Numbered from the stretch's first letter, positions 26,972 to 37,340 are shown. The stretch: DNA of 53,782 nt from Candidatus Bathyarchaeota archaeon (GCA_026967815.1 JAPUUO010000002.1:1-53782); one strand, 5' to 3'. Numbers and translations: made by a program. The notes: generated by a model from the sequence alone, not told the origin.

Positions 26972-27030
26972 TCTTTCCTCGCCTAACACTAACGCTGACC
27001 AACAATTTATCTTCTATTGTGGGTAATTGC

Positions 27031-27369
27031 TTATTCTTTTTTTCTATACTGGTCTAAAACGCTTAATATTGCCTGCAACTTGGAAGTTTCCACTATTTTG
27101 CGTCCGCCGGCTAAAAAAACGCGAACTTCTTCTATGCTTTTGGGCATACAGTTTACGAGTTGGACCGCCTCTTCCATTTCCAATTCGAATTTTTCTATGA
27201 GATTTTTTACAAGGGCCGTAACGTTTTTTGGGTCAATACGGGAAAATTTAGAAGCGTAATCTAGGGATCTTCTTTGAAGCTGATCTAGCTTGTCTTCGTC
27301 TAGTGAATCTAACATTTTTTTGACTTGAGCTACTGTTAGAATCTTCTCTTTTGAGCGTTTTGGAGGCAT
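27031..27369 (-). CDS. rpoF: RNA polymerase subunit F (Rpo4)
   Basis: LDYASKFS, AVQLVNCMPKSIEEVR; lies between L21e and DUF655. Confidence 0.92.
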   Translation of the reverse strand: MPPKRSKEKILTVAQVKKMLDSLDEDKLDQLQRRSLDYASKFSRIDPKNVTALVKNLIEKFELEMEEAVQLVNCMPKSIEEVRVFLAGGRKIVETSKLQAILSVLDQYRKKE

Positions 27370-27375
27370 GGTTTT

Positions 27376-27672
27376 TCATCTCCCAGCATGCGGCTCTAGA
27401 TGTTCTGGACGTACAATTATTTGTTTTGTTGCGTCTCCTTGGGTTACATCCACTATGTAGGCTCGTCCTCTTTTTTTGGTGATAATACCTATTCGGCCAT
27501 GATATCTTCGGTGGGGCATGCCTTTGTGGATGCTCGGGTCGAGCTTTACAACGACTTTCTCGCCTGAAGTGAACTCGCGGAGAATTTTGCTTAGTCCAGT
27601 TTTTCCTCTTTCTCGGGGCTTTCTCTTGAGAAGCGCACGAGTTTTGGCTCGGTAGCCCTTAGATTTTTTCAT
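27376..27672 (-). CDS. rpl21e: 50S ribosomal protein L21e
   Basis: SKGYRAKTR, GMPHRRYHGR, VRPEHL. Confidence 0.97.
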   Translation of the reverse strand: MKKSKGYRAKTRALLKRKPRERGKTGLSKILREFTSGEKVVVKLDPSIHKGMPHRRYHGRIGIITKKRGRAYIVDVTQGDATKQIIVRPEHLEPHAGR

Positions 27673-29010
27673 CTAGATCCCCTCTTCCTTTTTCATGATT
27701 ACATTTAAAACGTCTAATTCTAAAGGTTTGGCTTCTACATTTAGGATTTCTGCTACGCTTGGGGTCGTTCGCCCTTCGTCTCCGGTTATTAGTTCTTTTA
27801 TGTAGAGGCCTCCTTGGCATTGAATTCGCATTTCTATCTTGTTAGGTTTCAACCTCTTTACTTTTGCCTTATATATGTACCTTTCTCGAACAAGGTCAGC
27901 TCTTCGGTGAAGTACACGTCTGGGTGTTTGCTGACGAATAACTATGTTTGTGAGGGTTTCAGCTAATTCTGGCAACTTTTCTTTTGAAACGGATTTGTCA
28001 AACTCGACAGCGACTTTATACAGTTTCTGTGCAGCTTCAGCTTTCTTCAGTGTTCTTACGGTATCCTTTGTGACGAAGTGAAAGTTGGAAACTTCAACTT
28101 TACCTTTGGCTTTTTCGTTAACTGCTTGCATTAGGCTTTCAAGGTCGATGAATCTTCTCTTTGGTTTTTTGGTCTCTATAACGAAGGGTCTGCCTCGTCC
28201 TAACATTCTGGCATCGATGTCTTCTCTTCCAGCTCCATGAAAAGCTATGGTCTCTCCTTTAGTGACTTCTAGGGTTGGTCCTCCAATGATTTCTTCAACT
28301 GATTCCGGATACATTTTGCCTGTCCCATTGCATCTTGGGCAGCCTTCGCCTCGGCATTTCACACATAGCCATCTGGATTGGGGTATACCCCGGGCGAGTT
28401 TTCGGTACCTTCCAGCAATGAGAAGTGGATTGACTTGAAGATGAACTTGTCCGGAAAAGGGATTAACTAGAATGACGAGTTCTGGTCTCTTGTAGTCAAC
28501 GGTTTTCTTGGTTGCCTCGGTGATTTCTTTGCCGATTTCTCGGCTGAACTCGTTGCGCATGCTTTCGCCGTGTTTTACCTCGAATTCGGCTTTGAACTCA
28601 TCTTCTTTTTCTTCAGCTTGAGTTGGCAACTCGATGCCTACCAGGAAAGTTGAGAACTCGTAGTTGTTCGATTCTTTTAGCGCTGATCCAACTAGGTTGT
28701 GGATAGATTCGAAACGCCTTTCGCAAAGGTAACAGTGCTGTTTCTCGCCTGGTTGCTTTCCCATTCTTTCTAGGATCTCAGTTGCCACGTTGAATGCGCC
28801 ATTGGTTGCTAGTGTTCGGAGAAGTGTTATTCCAGATCTGGGCTTTGAAAGGGCCAGTCTATGGGCGTTCATTGTTGTGAGAAGTTTTATGGCTTCGCCT
28901 CTTTGTTGGTTGTCGAGTCCAGAGCCAAGTAGGGCAAATTGCCTTCCTAGACAATGGTCGCAGAGAGGGTGTTTCTTCAGCATTTTTTGGGCTTTTTCGA
29001 GAATTTCCAT
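27673..29010 (-). CDS. pus10: tRNA pseudouridine(54/55) synthase Pus10
   Basis: LCDHCLGRQF, FHGAGREDIDARMLG, GGLYIKELITGD. Confidence 0.96.
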   Translation of the reverse strand: MEILEKAQKMLKKHPLCDHCLGRQFALLGSGLDNQQRGEAIKLLTTMNAHRLALSKPRSGITLLRTLATNGAFNVATEILERMGKQPGEKQHCYLCERRFESIHNLVGSALKESNNYEFSTFLVGIELPTQAEEKEDEFKAEFEVKHGESMRNEFSREIGKEITEATKKTVDYKRPELVILVNPFSGQVHLQVNPLLIAGRYRKLARGIPQSRWLCVKCRGEGCPRCNGTGKMYPESVEEIIGGPTLEVTKGETIAFHGAGREDIDARMLGRGRPFVIETKKPKRRFIDLESLMQAVNEKAKGKVEVSNFHFVTKDTVRTLKKAEAAQKLYKVAVEFDKSVSKEKLPELAETLTNIVIRQQTPRRVLHRRADLVRERYIYKAKVKRLKPNKIEMRIQCQGGLYIKELITGDEGRTTPSVAEILNVEAKPLELDVLNVIMKKEEGI

Positions 29011-29074
29011 CAGAAATTTGCTCCCTTTCTTGCTTGTATTCCAAGAACGGCTCAGTTTGTTCTTGTGATTCCTA

Positions 29075-30403
29075 TTATCCCGTGGGTAATTTCTTTCCGA
29101 AGAACGGCAACGACTTTTTTCTTCTCAGGGTCTTCATCATTTTCTTCATCATCGTATATTGTTTCAAGAGTTCTTTAACGTCTTTATCTGCCGTGCCTGA
29201 GCCTCTTGCGACGCGTCTTATTCGTGAGGCTGTGAATATTTTGGGTTTGTCTCTTTCTTCAGGTGTCATGGATTGCATGATGAAGCGCCATTTTTTTAGG
29301 CGGTCTTCGGCTTGGTCCATCATGTCGTCGGGGATGTTGTAGCTCATGCCGGGTATCATTTTTAAGATGCGCTTGAAGGGTCCCATGGTTTTCATGGCTT
29401 CGAATTGTTCGTACATGTCGGTTAAGGTGAACTTGCCGGTTAAGATGGCTCGCATCTTTTTCTCTGGAACTTTCACTTCGGCTTCGCGGACTTTGTCGAT
29501 GAGGCTTTGGATGTCGCCCATGCCGAGTAGTCGTCCGACGAAGCGTGCGGGTACGAAGGGTTCGATGTCTTGGGTTTTTTCGCCTGTGCCGATGAATTTG
29601 ATTGGAGCTTTTGTCGCTGCGACTGCTGATAGGGCTCCTCCTCCTCGGGCTGAGCCGTCGAGTTTTGTGACGAGGATCGAGCCGATTGGTGTGGCGTCGT
29701 TGAAAGCTTTGGCTTGGATTGCGGCTTGTTGACCTATTGTTCCGTCTACTACGAGGATGACTTCGTTTGGTTTGATTGTTTTTTCCAAGGTTTTCATTTC
29801 GTGGATTAGGCTTTTCTCTTCTTTGTGGCGTCCAGCGGTGTCGATTATGACAACTTCTTTGTCTGTGAATTGTTTTAGTCCGTTTAGGGCGATTTTTGTG
29901 GGGTTTTTGTTTTTTGGTTCACCGTATAGTGGAATGTTTGTGCGTTGGGCGAGTTGTGACAGTTGAGCGTAGGCGCCGGGTCGATAGGTGTCGGCGCAGA
30001 CAACTGCGGTTTTTAGCCCTCGTTTTTGGTAGTATCGCGCGAGTTTGGCACTGGCTGTTGTTTTTCCTGATCCTTGAATTCCAATAAGCATGAGTACGTT
30101 TCTTTTGCTAGGCTTGATCTTTAATGGTACTGGTTTCTCGCCTAGGAAGCGGGTTAGCTCTTCGTAGACTACTTTGATGACGTGTTCCCTTCTGGAAATG
30201 CCTGGGGGAACTTTTGCTTTAAGAGACCGTTCTTCGATTTGTTTTGATATTTCGAGAACAAGTTTAACATTCACGTCTGCTTGGAGCAGGGCTCTTTGTA
30301 TATCTCGTGTGAGTTCTTTCACAACTGCTTCATCAACTACTGGAGCTCGCAAAACTTTTCTTAAAGCACCGTAGAGTGAAGAGCCTAAACGATCAAGAGC
30401 CAT
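29075..30403 (-). CDS. srp54: Signal recognition particle 54 kDa protein
   Basis: GIQGSGKTT, DTAGRH, TKLDGSARGGGALS, Met-rich M domain RIRRVARGSG. Confidence 0.97.
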   Translation of the reverse strand: MALDRLGSSLYGALRKVLRAPVVDEAVVKELTRDIQRALLQADVNVKLVLEISKQIEERSLKAKVPPGISRREHVIKVVYEELTRFLGEKPVPLKIKPSKRNVLMLIGIQGSGKTTASAKLARYYQKRGLKTAVVCADTYRPGAYAQLSQLAQRTNIPLYGEPKNKNPTKIALNGLKQFTDKEVVIIDTAGRHKEEKSLIHEMKTLEKTIKPNEVILVVDGTIGQQAAIQAKAFNDATPIGSILVTKLDGSARGGGALSAVAATKAPIKFIGTGEKTQDIEPFVPARFVGRLLGMGDIQSLIDKVREAEVKVPEKKMRAILTGKFTLTDMYEQFEAMKTMGPFKRILKMIPGMSYNIPDDMMDQAEDRLKKWRFIMQSMTPEERDKPKIFTASRIRRVARGSGTADKDVKELLKQYTMMKKMMKTLRRKKSLPFFGKKLPTG

Positions 30404-30517
30404 GGGTTTCTCTCCATCCATAGATTTGGTGCGCACTTAAATAGGTATTCGTTGTTGCTTGTTTACCATAATCCTTTTGTTTAGGCTTCAAGGACTTCTA
30501 ACCTTAGAGGGACCGTT

Positions 30518-31261
30518 TTGGTTGAAACTGTCAATATTATCGAAAGGAAAGTTGCTCCTTCTAACGCTATAATGCTCAACGGGCTGCCCGACGTGGGTCT
30601 TGTCGGCTTGATAGCCACGTCTCACATAATATCTGAGCTCAAGCTAGCTGAAATAGCCTATATGGACTCAGACCTTTTTCCACCAGTAATTGTCCTTCAT
30701 GAAGGCTTGCCTCATGCGCCAATCAGAATCTTCGGAAACACCGATTTGATTGCTTCGTTTTCAGAGACAGCCATACCCGCAGATGCTGTTCAGCCCTTCA
30801 CGCGCAAACTGGTAGATTGGGCACAGTCAAAAAACGTGAAGCTGATGGTCGCGATGGGAGGCATGCCGGTTCAAAACCGTCAAGACATAATGGAGCCAAG
30901 AGTTTTCGGCGCCGCATCCAACAAGTCGCTTCTTAACATGCTACGCGAAAAAGGCATAGAAGTCCTCAAAGGCGGCTACATGGTTGGACCTTACGCGCTC
31001 ATAATGCGTTACTGCGCAGAAAGGAACGTTCCAGCGATCGCCTTGTTGGCGGAGTCATTTTATAAATATCCAGACCCAGTGGCCGCAGCCGCCACTCTCA
31101 AGGAATTCAGCAAAATCAGTGGATTGAAGATCGATTTGTCTAGGCTTACGGAGAAAGGTGAAGAGATACGGTTGAAGGCAAGAGACATGATGAAACGCAC
31201 GGAAAGAGAGCTGGGTCGCATGAAAAAAACTCAGGAATACGACCTTCCATTATACGTTTAA
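30518..31261 (+). CDS. PAC2 family protein with C-terminal HbYX motif
   Basis: GLPDVGLVG, YPDPVAA; ends ...YDLPLYV. Confidence 0.88.
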   Translation: MVETVNIIERKVAPSNAIMLNGLPDVGLVGLIATSHIISELKLAEIAYMDSDLFPPVIVLHEGLPHAPIRIFGNTDLIASFSETAIPADAVQPFTRKLVDWAQSKNVKLMVAMGGMPVQNRQDIMEPRVFGAASNKSLLNMLREKGIEVLKGGYMVGPYALIMRYCAERNVPAIALLAESFYKYPDPVAAAATLKEFSKISGLKIDLSRLTEKGEEIRLKARDMMKRTERELGRMKKTQEYDLPLYV

Positions 31262-31277
31262 GGAGAGGTATGGACTC

Positions 31278-31727
31278 ATGCAAGAGAGACGAAGAAGACG
31301 CACAATTCTTGATTTAATAAGAGAATACATCGAAGACATAGAAGCTCTCTCTGAAGAATTCATGGAACCATCCTTCGTAGAACGCCCAAGCTGGAATGCT
31401 CGAACGTGTTGCCTCGAACCCCTCTGCAGCGTTTTCGTAACACCAGACGAAGTAATCGTTACAGCTGACCTGCCAAACACCAATCCAGACACCATAGAAA
31501 TAAGCCCGACAGACGCTGACACCATAGAAATAAGGGCAGAAATGAAACGAAAAATCCGCTTCGACGAGCTTGGCATAACACACAGGAAAGGCGAGTTTCA
31601 ATTCTTCCATTGTCAAACAAACATTCCAGTGCCAGTTAACATGAACATCATAAAAACAGAATTTAAGCGTGGAATATTAGAGGTTCACATACCCCGAAAG
31701 AAAGGCTACAAAATAAAGGTTGAATGA
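31278..31727 (+). CDS. Hsp20/alpha-crystallin family small heat shock protein
   Basis: VTADLP, FKRGILEVHIP, C-terminal IKVE (IXI/V motif). Confidence 0.88.
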   Translation: MQERRRRRTILDLIREYIEDIEALSEEFMEPSFVERPSWNARTCCLEPLCSVFVTPDEVIVTADLPNTNPDTIEISPTDADTIEIRAEMKRKIRFDELGITHRKGEFQFFHCQTNIPVPVNMNIIKTEFKRGILEVHIPRKKGYKIKVE

Positions 31728-31728
31728 C

Positions 31729-32661
31729 CTATCTCCTCCTTAGTCTATCGAGAACGGCTGCTATTATTATCGGAAACGCTATTGTGACGTCGCAGATGAC
31801 ATTAGCCGACTTGCCGTCTGGTTTGATTTTGCCCCAACTAATGGCCTCTTCAAGAGAAGCACCGCTTAACCCGCCTGGTTCTGGTCGATCCATGGTAATT
31901 TGAACTGCTAGATCTACGCCTTCGCGGAAGGTATTGGCAAACAATGCAAAGTGTTTGGGAAATCCTCCGCCCAAAATTATGATACCTACCTTCTTCGCTT
32001 CATACACCTTGTCCATCAGCGCGTTCACGTCCAGAAGCGGATCTAAGTGCATTGTTTTGTCTTGTCCATAAACCCACAGTTGAAAGCCAGCAATTGAATC
32101 TACAAAAGCAGGACAGATAATCGGCACGTTTTTCCTAGCTGCAGTTGCAAGGATGGAGTTGCGGTCTTCGATTTTTTTGCCTATTTCGTAAAGCAATTCC
32201 GCTGTAGCGAAACGCTGCCTTTTTTCTTCAGGTATAGTATCTAATGTTTTGAAAAGCCACTTTTCCAAAGCCTCGAAAGCTTCTTGCTGAATGTAGATGT
32301 CCCCTATTCTGCCTATGTTTTCAGCTTTCAACCTCTTATCTTCAGCGGCAAAGGTGCCGATTCCATGTTGATACCCTAGCGCCTCAACCATGTCGTGTAC
32401 CATGTTGGCACCAGTTGTAACCAAAACGTGTACATGTTCCTGTTCAATTAAGTCGCAAATCACTCGCCGTAGACCAGCGGGAACCAAGGCACCGGCTAGA
32501 GTTAGAAAGACCGTGCAATCTGAGTTGCTGAACATTTCTGTTACAACATTGGTTGCTTTGCCGATTCTGCCAGCGCCGAGAACCCCTGCTGCGTTCATCT
32601 CTTCAACAAGCTTGCCTACGGTCATTCTTGCCTGCAGCTGCATATGTTTAACATGTTTCAT
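31729..32661 (-). CDS. dys: Deoxyhypusine synthase
   Basis: VTTGANMVHD, LGGGFPKH, GGLSGASLEEAISWGK. Confidence 0.95.
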   Translation of the reverse strand: MKHVKHMQLQARMTVGKLVEEMNAAGVLGAGRIGKATNVVTEMFSNSDCTVFLTLAGALVPAGLRRVICDLIEQEHVHVLVTTGANMVHDMVEALGYQHGIGTFAAEDKRLKAENIGRIGDIYIQQEAFEALEKWLFKTLDTIPEEKRQRFATAELLYEIGKKIEDRNSILATAARKNVPIICPAFVDSIAGFQLWVYGQDKTMHLDPLLDVNALMDKVYEAKKVGIIILGGGFPKHFALFANTFREGVDLAVQITMDRPEPGGLSGASLEEAISWGKIKPDGKSANVICDVTIAFPIIIAAVLDRLRRR

Positions 32662-32789
32662 TCGTTCACCATCCACTCAGCGGTTCACAATTAATATTTA
32701 ACATACTTAAATGGTTTGAAGCACGGTAAGTTAAAATATGAGCATAAAAACTGTTCCTAATCCCAAGGACGGAAAGAGAGTGCAAAATT

Positions 32790-34355
32790 TTGGCAAGATC
32801 TGTCAAGATCACTGACACAACCTTTCGAGACGCCCACCAATCTCTTATGGCCACCCGCATGCGAACAGAATCCATGCTTCCCATAGCAGAGAAAATCGAT
32901 GAAGTCGGCTTCTTTTCGCTTGAGGTTTGGGGAGGCGCCACCTTCGACGTTTCTATACGCTACTTAAGAGAAGATCCATGGGAACGACTTCGTCTCCTAA
33001 AACAGCACGTACGCAAAACGCCATTACAAATGCTACTTCGAGGACAGAACATTGTGGGCTACAAGAACTATCCAGACCGTGTCGTCAAGAAGTTTGTTGA
33101 AAAAGCAGCGGAAAACGGCGTTGACATATTTCGAATCTTCGACGCGCTAAACGACACTAGAAATCTTGAAAAGGCTATCGAAACCGCCCGCAAGGTTGGT
33201 GCTCACGTTCAAGGCACAATCTGCTACACTTTGAGCCCGGTTCACACCATCCGGCACTATTTGCAGGTTGCCCAGCGTCTAGCAGAACTACATTGCGATT
33301 CTGTTTGCGTCAAAGACATGGCTGGGATGCTGGCTCCTAAAGACGCCTACGACCTTATCTCAGCCTTGAAAAAGGACGTCGGCTTACCTGTTCATCTGCA
33401 CTGCCACAGCACAAGCGGCATGGCTCTCATGAGCTATCTACGGGCTTGCGACGCCGGAGTTGACATCTTAGATACGGCTTTTTCTCCACTTGGGTGGGGC
33501 ACATCTCAGCCTCCAGTAGAAACAGTCGTCGCCGCCTTGAAAAGTACTCCCTATGATCCCGGCTTTGACATGCGACAGCTCGTGGAAATCGCAGAATACT
33601 TCAACGAGTTGCGGAAGAAATACTACGACCCCCTAAGACTTATTGACCCAATCTCTGAACGAGTTGACCCATCCATCCTAGTCCATCAGATTCCAGGCGG
33701 CATGTTTTCTAATCTGATATCGCAGTTGAAAGAGCAAAATGCGCTTGACAGGCTCAAAGAAGTCTTAGAAGAGGTCCCAAAAGTTCGAAAGGAACTGGGT
33801 TATCCGCCTTTGGTAACTCCAACAAGCCAGCTAGTTGGAACACAAGCGGTTTTCAACGTGCTCTCAGGTGAGAGATACAGCATCGTGCCGAAGGAGGTTA
33901 GAGACTACGTTAGAGGGTTGTATGGTAAACCGCCTGCAGCAATCGATGAAAAGGTTAAGAGAAAGATCATTGGAGAAGAAGAACCCATAACGTGTCGTCC
34001 AGCTGACTTGCTTGAGCCAGAACTTGAAGCCATTCCTGAAGAGGTGAAAAGGTTTACTGAAAGCGAAGAAGACGCTTTAACATATGCTCTTTTTCCGAAA
34101 GCAGCACTAGAATTTTTCCAAAAGAGAAAGCTCAAACGCGAAGAAAAAAAGAGCCTTATGATTCCTGAGCTGGAAAGGCAAGAGCTAGCCGAGGTTGCCG
34201 CAGTTTCAGCTACTATAGCTTCCTATTTAGCCACCAAGCATGAAGCATTAGCTGTGATACCAGCGAGAAGAGCCACAGGTCTCTCTGCATGGACTCTTGC
34301 TGGCAGGAGAAAACTGACAGAGTCCCCGTGGGGTTCATACCTTGAAGGAGCATGA
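32790..34355 (+). CDS. Pyruvate/oxaloacetate carboxyltransferase subunit (PycB/OadA/transcarboxylase 5S family), without biotinyl domain
   Basis: DTTFRDAHQSL, EVWGGATFD, KDMAG, HLHCH, HQIPGGM, GYPPLVTPTSQ. Confidence 0.93.
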   Translation: MARSVKITDTTFRDAHQSLMATRMRTESMLPIAEKIDEVGFFSLEVWGGATFDVSIRYLREDPWERLRLLKQHVRKTPLQMLLRGQNIVGYKNYPDRVVKKFVEKAAENGVDIFRIFDALNDTRNLEKAIETARKVGAHVQGTICYTLSPVHTIRHYLQVAQRLAELHCDSVCVKDMAGMLAPKDAYDLISALKKDVGLPVHLHCHSTSGMALMSYLRACDAGVDILDTAFSPLGWGTSQPPVETVVAALKSTPYDPGFDMRQLVEIAEYFNELRKKYYDPLRLIDPISERVDPSILVHQIPGGMFSNLISQLKEQNALDRLKEVLEEVPKVRKELGYPPLVTPTSQLVGTQAVFNVLSGERYSIVPKEVRDYVRGLYGKPPAAIDEKVKRKIIGEEEPITCRPADLLEPELEAIPEEVKRFTESEEDALTYALFPKAALEFFQKRKLKREEKKSLMIPELERQELAEVAAVSATIASYLATKHEALAVIPARRATGLSAWTLAGRRKLTESPWGSYLEGA

Positions 34356-34890
34356 AATTCTCGTAGATGGCAAATCGTACAAGGTAAAATTGGAGGCGTA
34401 CACGGTGGGAACTCCTTTTTCAGTAAGGATTAACGAAAAGGATGTTGAAGGGGAAATTAGCGGTGAGCCAGACTACAAAGCTCCTATTACGGTTACAATC
34501 CAAGGTAAGTCGTACAAAGTAGAACTAAAAAGAATCGATAGAAGGTCGCCATTTCAAGTAAGGGTCAATGGGATACCTTTCACTGTTCAATTCAAAGCCG
34601 CGGAGAGAAAAGTTGCGCGAATCCTTACGCCTTCCGTAGCCGACCTTGCGCCTAGACCATCAAGGAGAATTGCGGAAGAAGGAGAAATCCTAGCTCCAAT
34701 GGCGGGCAAAATTGTTTCAGTCAAAGTAAAAAAGAGTGACAGAGTGAAACTCGGCGATGTCCTCTGCACTTTAGAGGCAATGAAAATGGAAAATGAAATC
34801 ACAGCAACAAAGTCTGGAGAAATCAAAGAAATTAATGTCTCAGAAGGCATAGCTGTAAACGAAGGAGACGTTTTAATCAGAATAAAATAA
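34342..34890 (+). CDS. Biotin carboxyl carrier protein
   Basis: APMAGKI...LEAMKMENEI biotinylation motif. Confidence 0.93.
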   Translation: MKEHEILVDGKSYKVKLEAYTVGTPFSVRINEKDVEGEISGEPDYKAPITVTIQGKSYKVELKRIDRRSPFQVRVNGIPFTVQFKAAERKVARILTPSVADLAPRPSRRIAEEGEILAPMAGKIVSVKVKKSDRVKLGDVLCTLEAMKMENEITATKSGEIKEINVSEGIAVNEGDVLIRIK

Positions 34891-34903
34891 TAGTTGACTA
34901 AAG

Positions 34904-34913
34904 ATTCGCGCGC
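34904..34913 (+). repeat. ATTCGCGCGC direct repeat, copy 1
   Basis: Identical 10-mer at 37243-37252; each copy follows a stop codon after a 13-nt gap. Confidence 0.5.
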
Positions 34914-35018
34914 ACATTTTTCCAGCTGTGCGTATGCCTCAAATTATTTACCCTAAGACCCAAATGTTCATTACTTCTAAATAGACAAGAACTCCAAATA
35001 GAAATTAAGGGGATTCGC

Positions 35019-35957
35019 TTGTCTTCCGATATTAAGAACGGGCTCAAACAACTAGATGAGAAGGAACTTTATGAAATAGCCAGGTTGAAGAAACTCAATA
35101 TTCCAAGGAACTGGTCTAAGACACTTATTGTGGAACTCCTTGCACTAAATGTGTCCACGCAAGATATCCGGAACATTGGGACAAAACCTTTGGAGAAAAG
35201 GATAGAATCCAGGGATGTTTCTGCAATTATCGTAAAGGATCTCGTTAAACAATTTGAGGATGTTACCGCTGTTGATGGTTTGAGTCTTGAAATTAAGCAA
35301 GGTGAACTTTTCGGTCTTCTGGGACCAAACGGTGCTGGAAAAACTACAACAATCAACATCCTTAGCGGGATACTTAAACCTACAAAAGGAACTGCCATTA
35401 TTGCAGGTTTCGATGTAACGAAGAATCTGGAAGAGATTAAAACGGTAATTGGTGTGTGTCCTCAAGAAGCTGCAGTTTTTAAATTTCTGAATGCACGTGA
35501 AAACATAGAACTCTTTGGAAATCTACATGGAATACCCAAGAAGGAGCTAGAAGAACGAACGGATACATTTCTGGAACTTTTGGGGTTAGCAGAGGCAAGT
35601 AAAAGGATGGCTAAAGGTTACAGCGGTGGAATGCTTCGGAAATTAAATCTTATAATGGCTTTGATTAGTGATCCAAAGATTGCTTTCCTTGACGAGCCAA
35701 CAGTTGGAATGGATCCTCGAGCCCGCCGTAAAACGTGGGAATTTATCGGGTCTCTCAAGGATCAAAACAAAACAATTATCCTAACAACTCACTACATCGA
35801 AGAAGCGGAAGCACTTAGTGATAGAGTGGGAATTATTGATTATGGAAAACTCATTGAACTGGGAACCCCCCAAGAGTTAATGGAAAGATATGAAACCAAG
35901 AATTTGGAGCAAGTCTTCTTGAAAATAACCGGTCGAAGAATCTTGGAGGGAATATGA
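35019..35957 (+). CDS. ABC-2 type exporter ATP-binding protein with N-terminal extension
   Basis: GPNGAGKTT, YSGGM, AFLDEPT, LTTHY. Confidence 0.93.
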   Translation: MSSDIKNGLKQLDEKELYEIARLKKLNIPRNWSKTLIVELLALNVSTQDIRNIGTKPLEKRIESRDVSAIIVKDLVKQFEDVTAVDGLSLEIKQGELFGLLGPNGAGKTTTINILSGILKPTKGTAIIAGFDVTKNLEEIKTVIGVCPQEAAVFKFLNARENIELFGNLHGIPKKELEERTDTFLELLGLAEASKRMAKGYSGGMLRKLNLIMALISDPKIAFLDEPTVGMDPRARRKTWEFIGSLKDQNKTIILTTHYIEEAEALSDRVGIIDYGKLIELGTPQELMERYETKNLEQVFLKITGRRILEGI

Positions 35958-35958
35958 G

Positions 35959-36696
35959 ATGGCACTTCAAAGTTTAGTGGCTTTGGTGAAAATGGAACTG
36001 AAAAAGTTGATTCGACAACCAGCGAATCTATTTCTGAATTTGTTGTTCCCTGCGGTTCTTACAATGGTGTTCATATTTGCGTTTGCGGATCCAGAATTAG
36101 GAATGAGCATCAACTCGGTGGTTCCAGGCCTGATTGTTTATGCGGTTATTTTTGTAATTATGACCATCGCCCAGTCTTTTTCTACCGAGAGGCAAGAGGG
36201 ATTATTAAAACGATTAAATACAACACCGATGACCTCGGGCGAATTCATGGGAAGTCAAATCATAACACATATGCTAATATCCTTTTTGCAGGTGATCGTT
36301 GTTTTTACGTTGGCTTTTCTATTAGGATTCAGACCGGATAGTGGTATTCAAGGAATATTTTTAGCGTTGCCTGTAACTGCAATATTTTCACTAAGTTCAG
36401 TTGGTTTAGGGCTTATCACAGCCACAGTATCCAAAACCCCTGAAGCTGCCACAGGCATTTCATTCGTGTTCATTCTTCCTCAAATGTTTTTTGGAACCTT
36501 TATACCAATAACCAGTACAACTCAGCAAATCGCAAAATTCATCCCGAGCTACTATCTACTTGATGCTCTAAAAATGATTTTCGAGGGAGATTGGATGAAT
36601 ACAAACATTTTCCTAGACTTGGGAGTGATTTCAGTAGTTAGCATTTCAGCTGTAATCATTGGAATACTTCTGTTCGAAAAATACGGAAATGCATAG
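35959..36696 (+). CDS. ABC-2 type exporter permease
   Basis: ERQEGLLKRLNTTP motif, six TM helices. Confidence 0.92.
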   Translation: MALQSLVALVKMELKKLIRQPANLFLNLLFPAVLTMVFIFAFADPELGMSINSVVPGLIVYAVIFVIMTIAQSFSTERQEGLLKRLNTTPMTSGEFMGSQIITHMLISFLQVIVVFTLAFLLGFRPDSGIQGIFLALPVTAIFSLSSVGLGLITATVSKTPEAATGISFVFILPQMFFGTFIPITSTTQQIAKFIPSYYLLDALKMIFEGDWMNTNIFLDLGVISVVSISAVIIGILLFEKYGNA

Positions 36697-36830
36697 AAGA
36701 ATATTAGAATTAGTAAGACTCTTAGAGATCTACTAGGGATTGCAAGCATGCGTGAGTTTGGGTTTTTGGCTCAAATTTTCAAAGCAACTTGAAATGAAAT
36801 AATGATAGATTAAACGAGAAAGTGACTGTA

Positions 36831-37229
36831 ATGGAAACCTTAGAAAAGGTGGCGGTAATAGCAATTCTCCTTGTTGGAGGGGGAGCAATTCTATTCTTTC
36901 TTCAGTTTCCGCTTCCTCCCCTTGGCGAGAGTAAACCTGAGTTCAGAGTTTTTGACTTTCAAGTGATAGGAAATAGCATTTCAATGCATATTGAAAATAC
37001 AGGAAGCGGTGATGCACATCGTATTAGTATTGAAGTTTATGGAAATTTGAGTGGAGGATGGCTTCATCTAAATGCTTACGACACATCAGGACCGAGCGAA
37101 TTAAGAGTGGGAGACAAGCAGTTGGTGGTTCTAAGTGCAAGCGAGCCTCTAAGTTATGACGAATATAAAGTAGTTGTCAGTTGTGACGAAGGCGTAACTC
37201 ACGAACTAATTGTAGGCTTTGGTTCGTAG
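36831..37229 (+). CDS. Hypothetical membrane-anchored beta-sandwich protein
   Basis: N-terminal TM, Pro-rich linker, IENTGSGDA (CARDB-like) segment. Confidence 0.65.
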   Translation: METLEKVAVIAILLVGGGAILFFLQFPLPPLGESKPEFRVFDFQVIGNSISMHIENTGSGDAHRISIEVYGNLSGGWLHLNAYDTSGPSELRVGDKQLVVLSASEPLSYDEYKVVVSCDEGVTHELIVGFGS

Positions 37230-37242
37230 TTCTTGAGTGTAT

Positions 37243-37252
37243 ATTCGCGCGC
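37243..37252 (+). repeat. ATTCGCGCGC direct repeat, copy 2
   Basis: Identical to 34904-34913. Confidence 0.5.
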
Positions 37253-37340
37253 GTACAGTAACAAATTGTGACTACAACAAGTGAGTTCCGTTTATAAACC
37301 TCCATTAGTTCAGCATTTTATGTTGAAGGGTTGAGAATGA

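Noticed and set aside
31488..31534. 17-bp direct repeat GACACCATAGAAATAAG in the hsp20 gene, 30 nt apart
   Set aside because: Only two copies, in frame (DTIEI twice) within a coding region; not a CRISPR or mobile-element signature.
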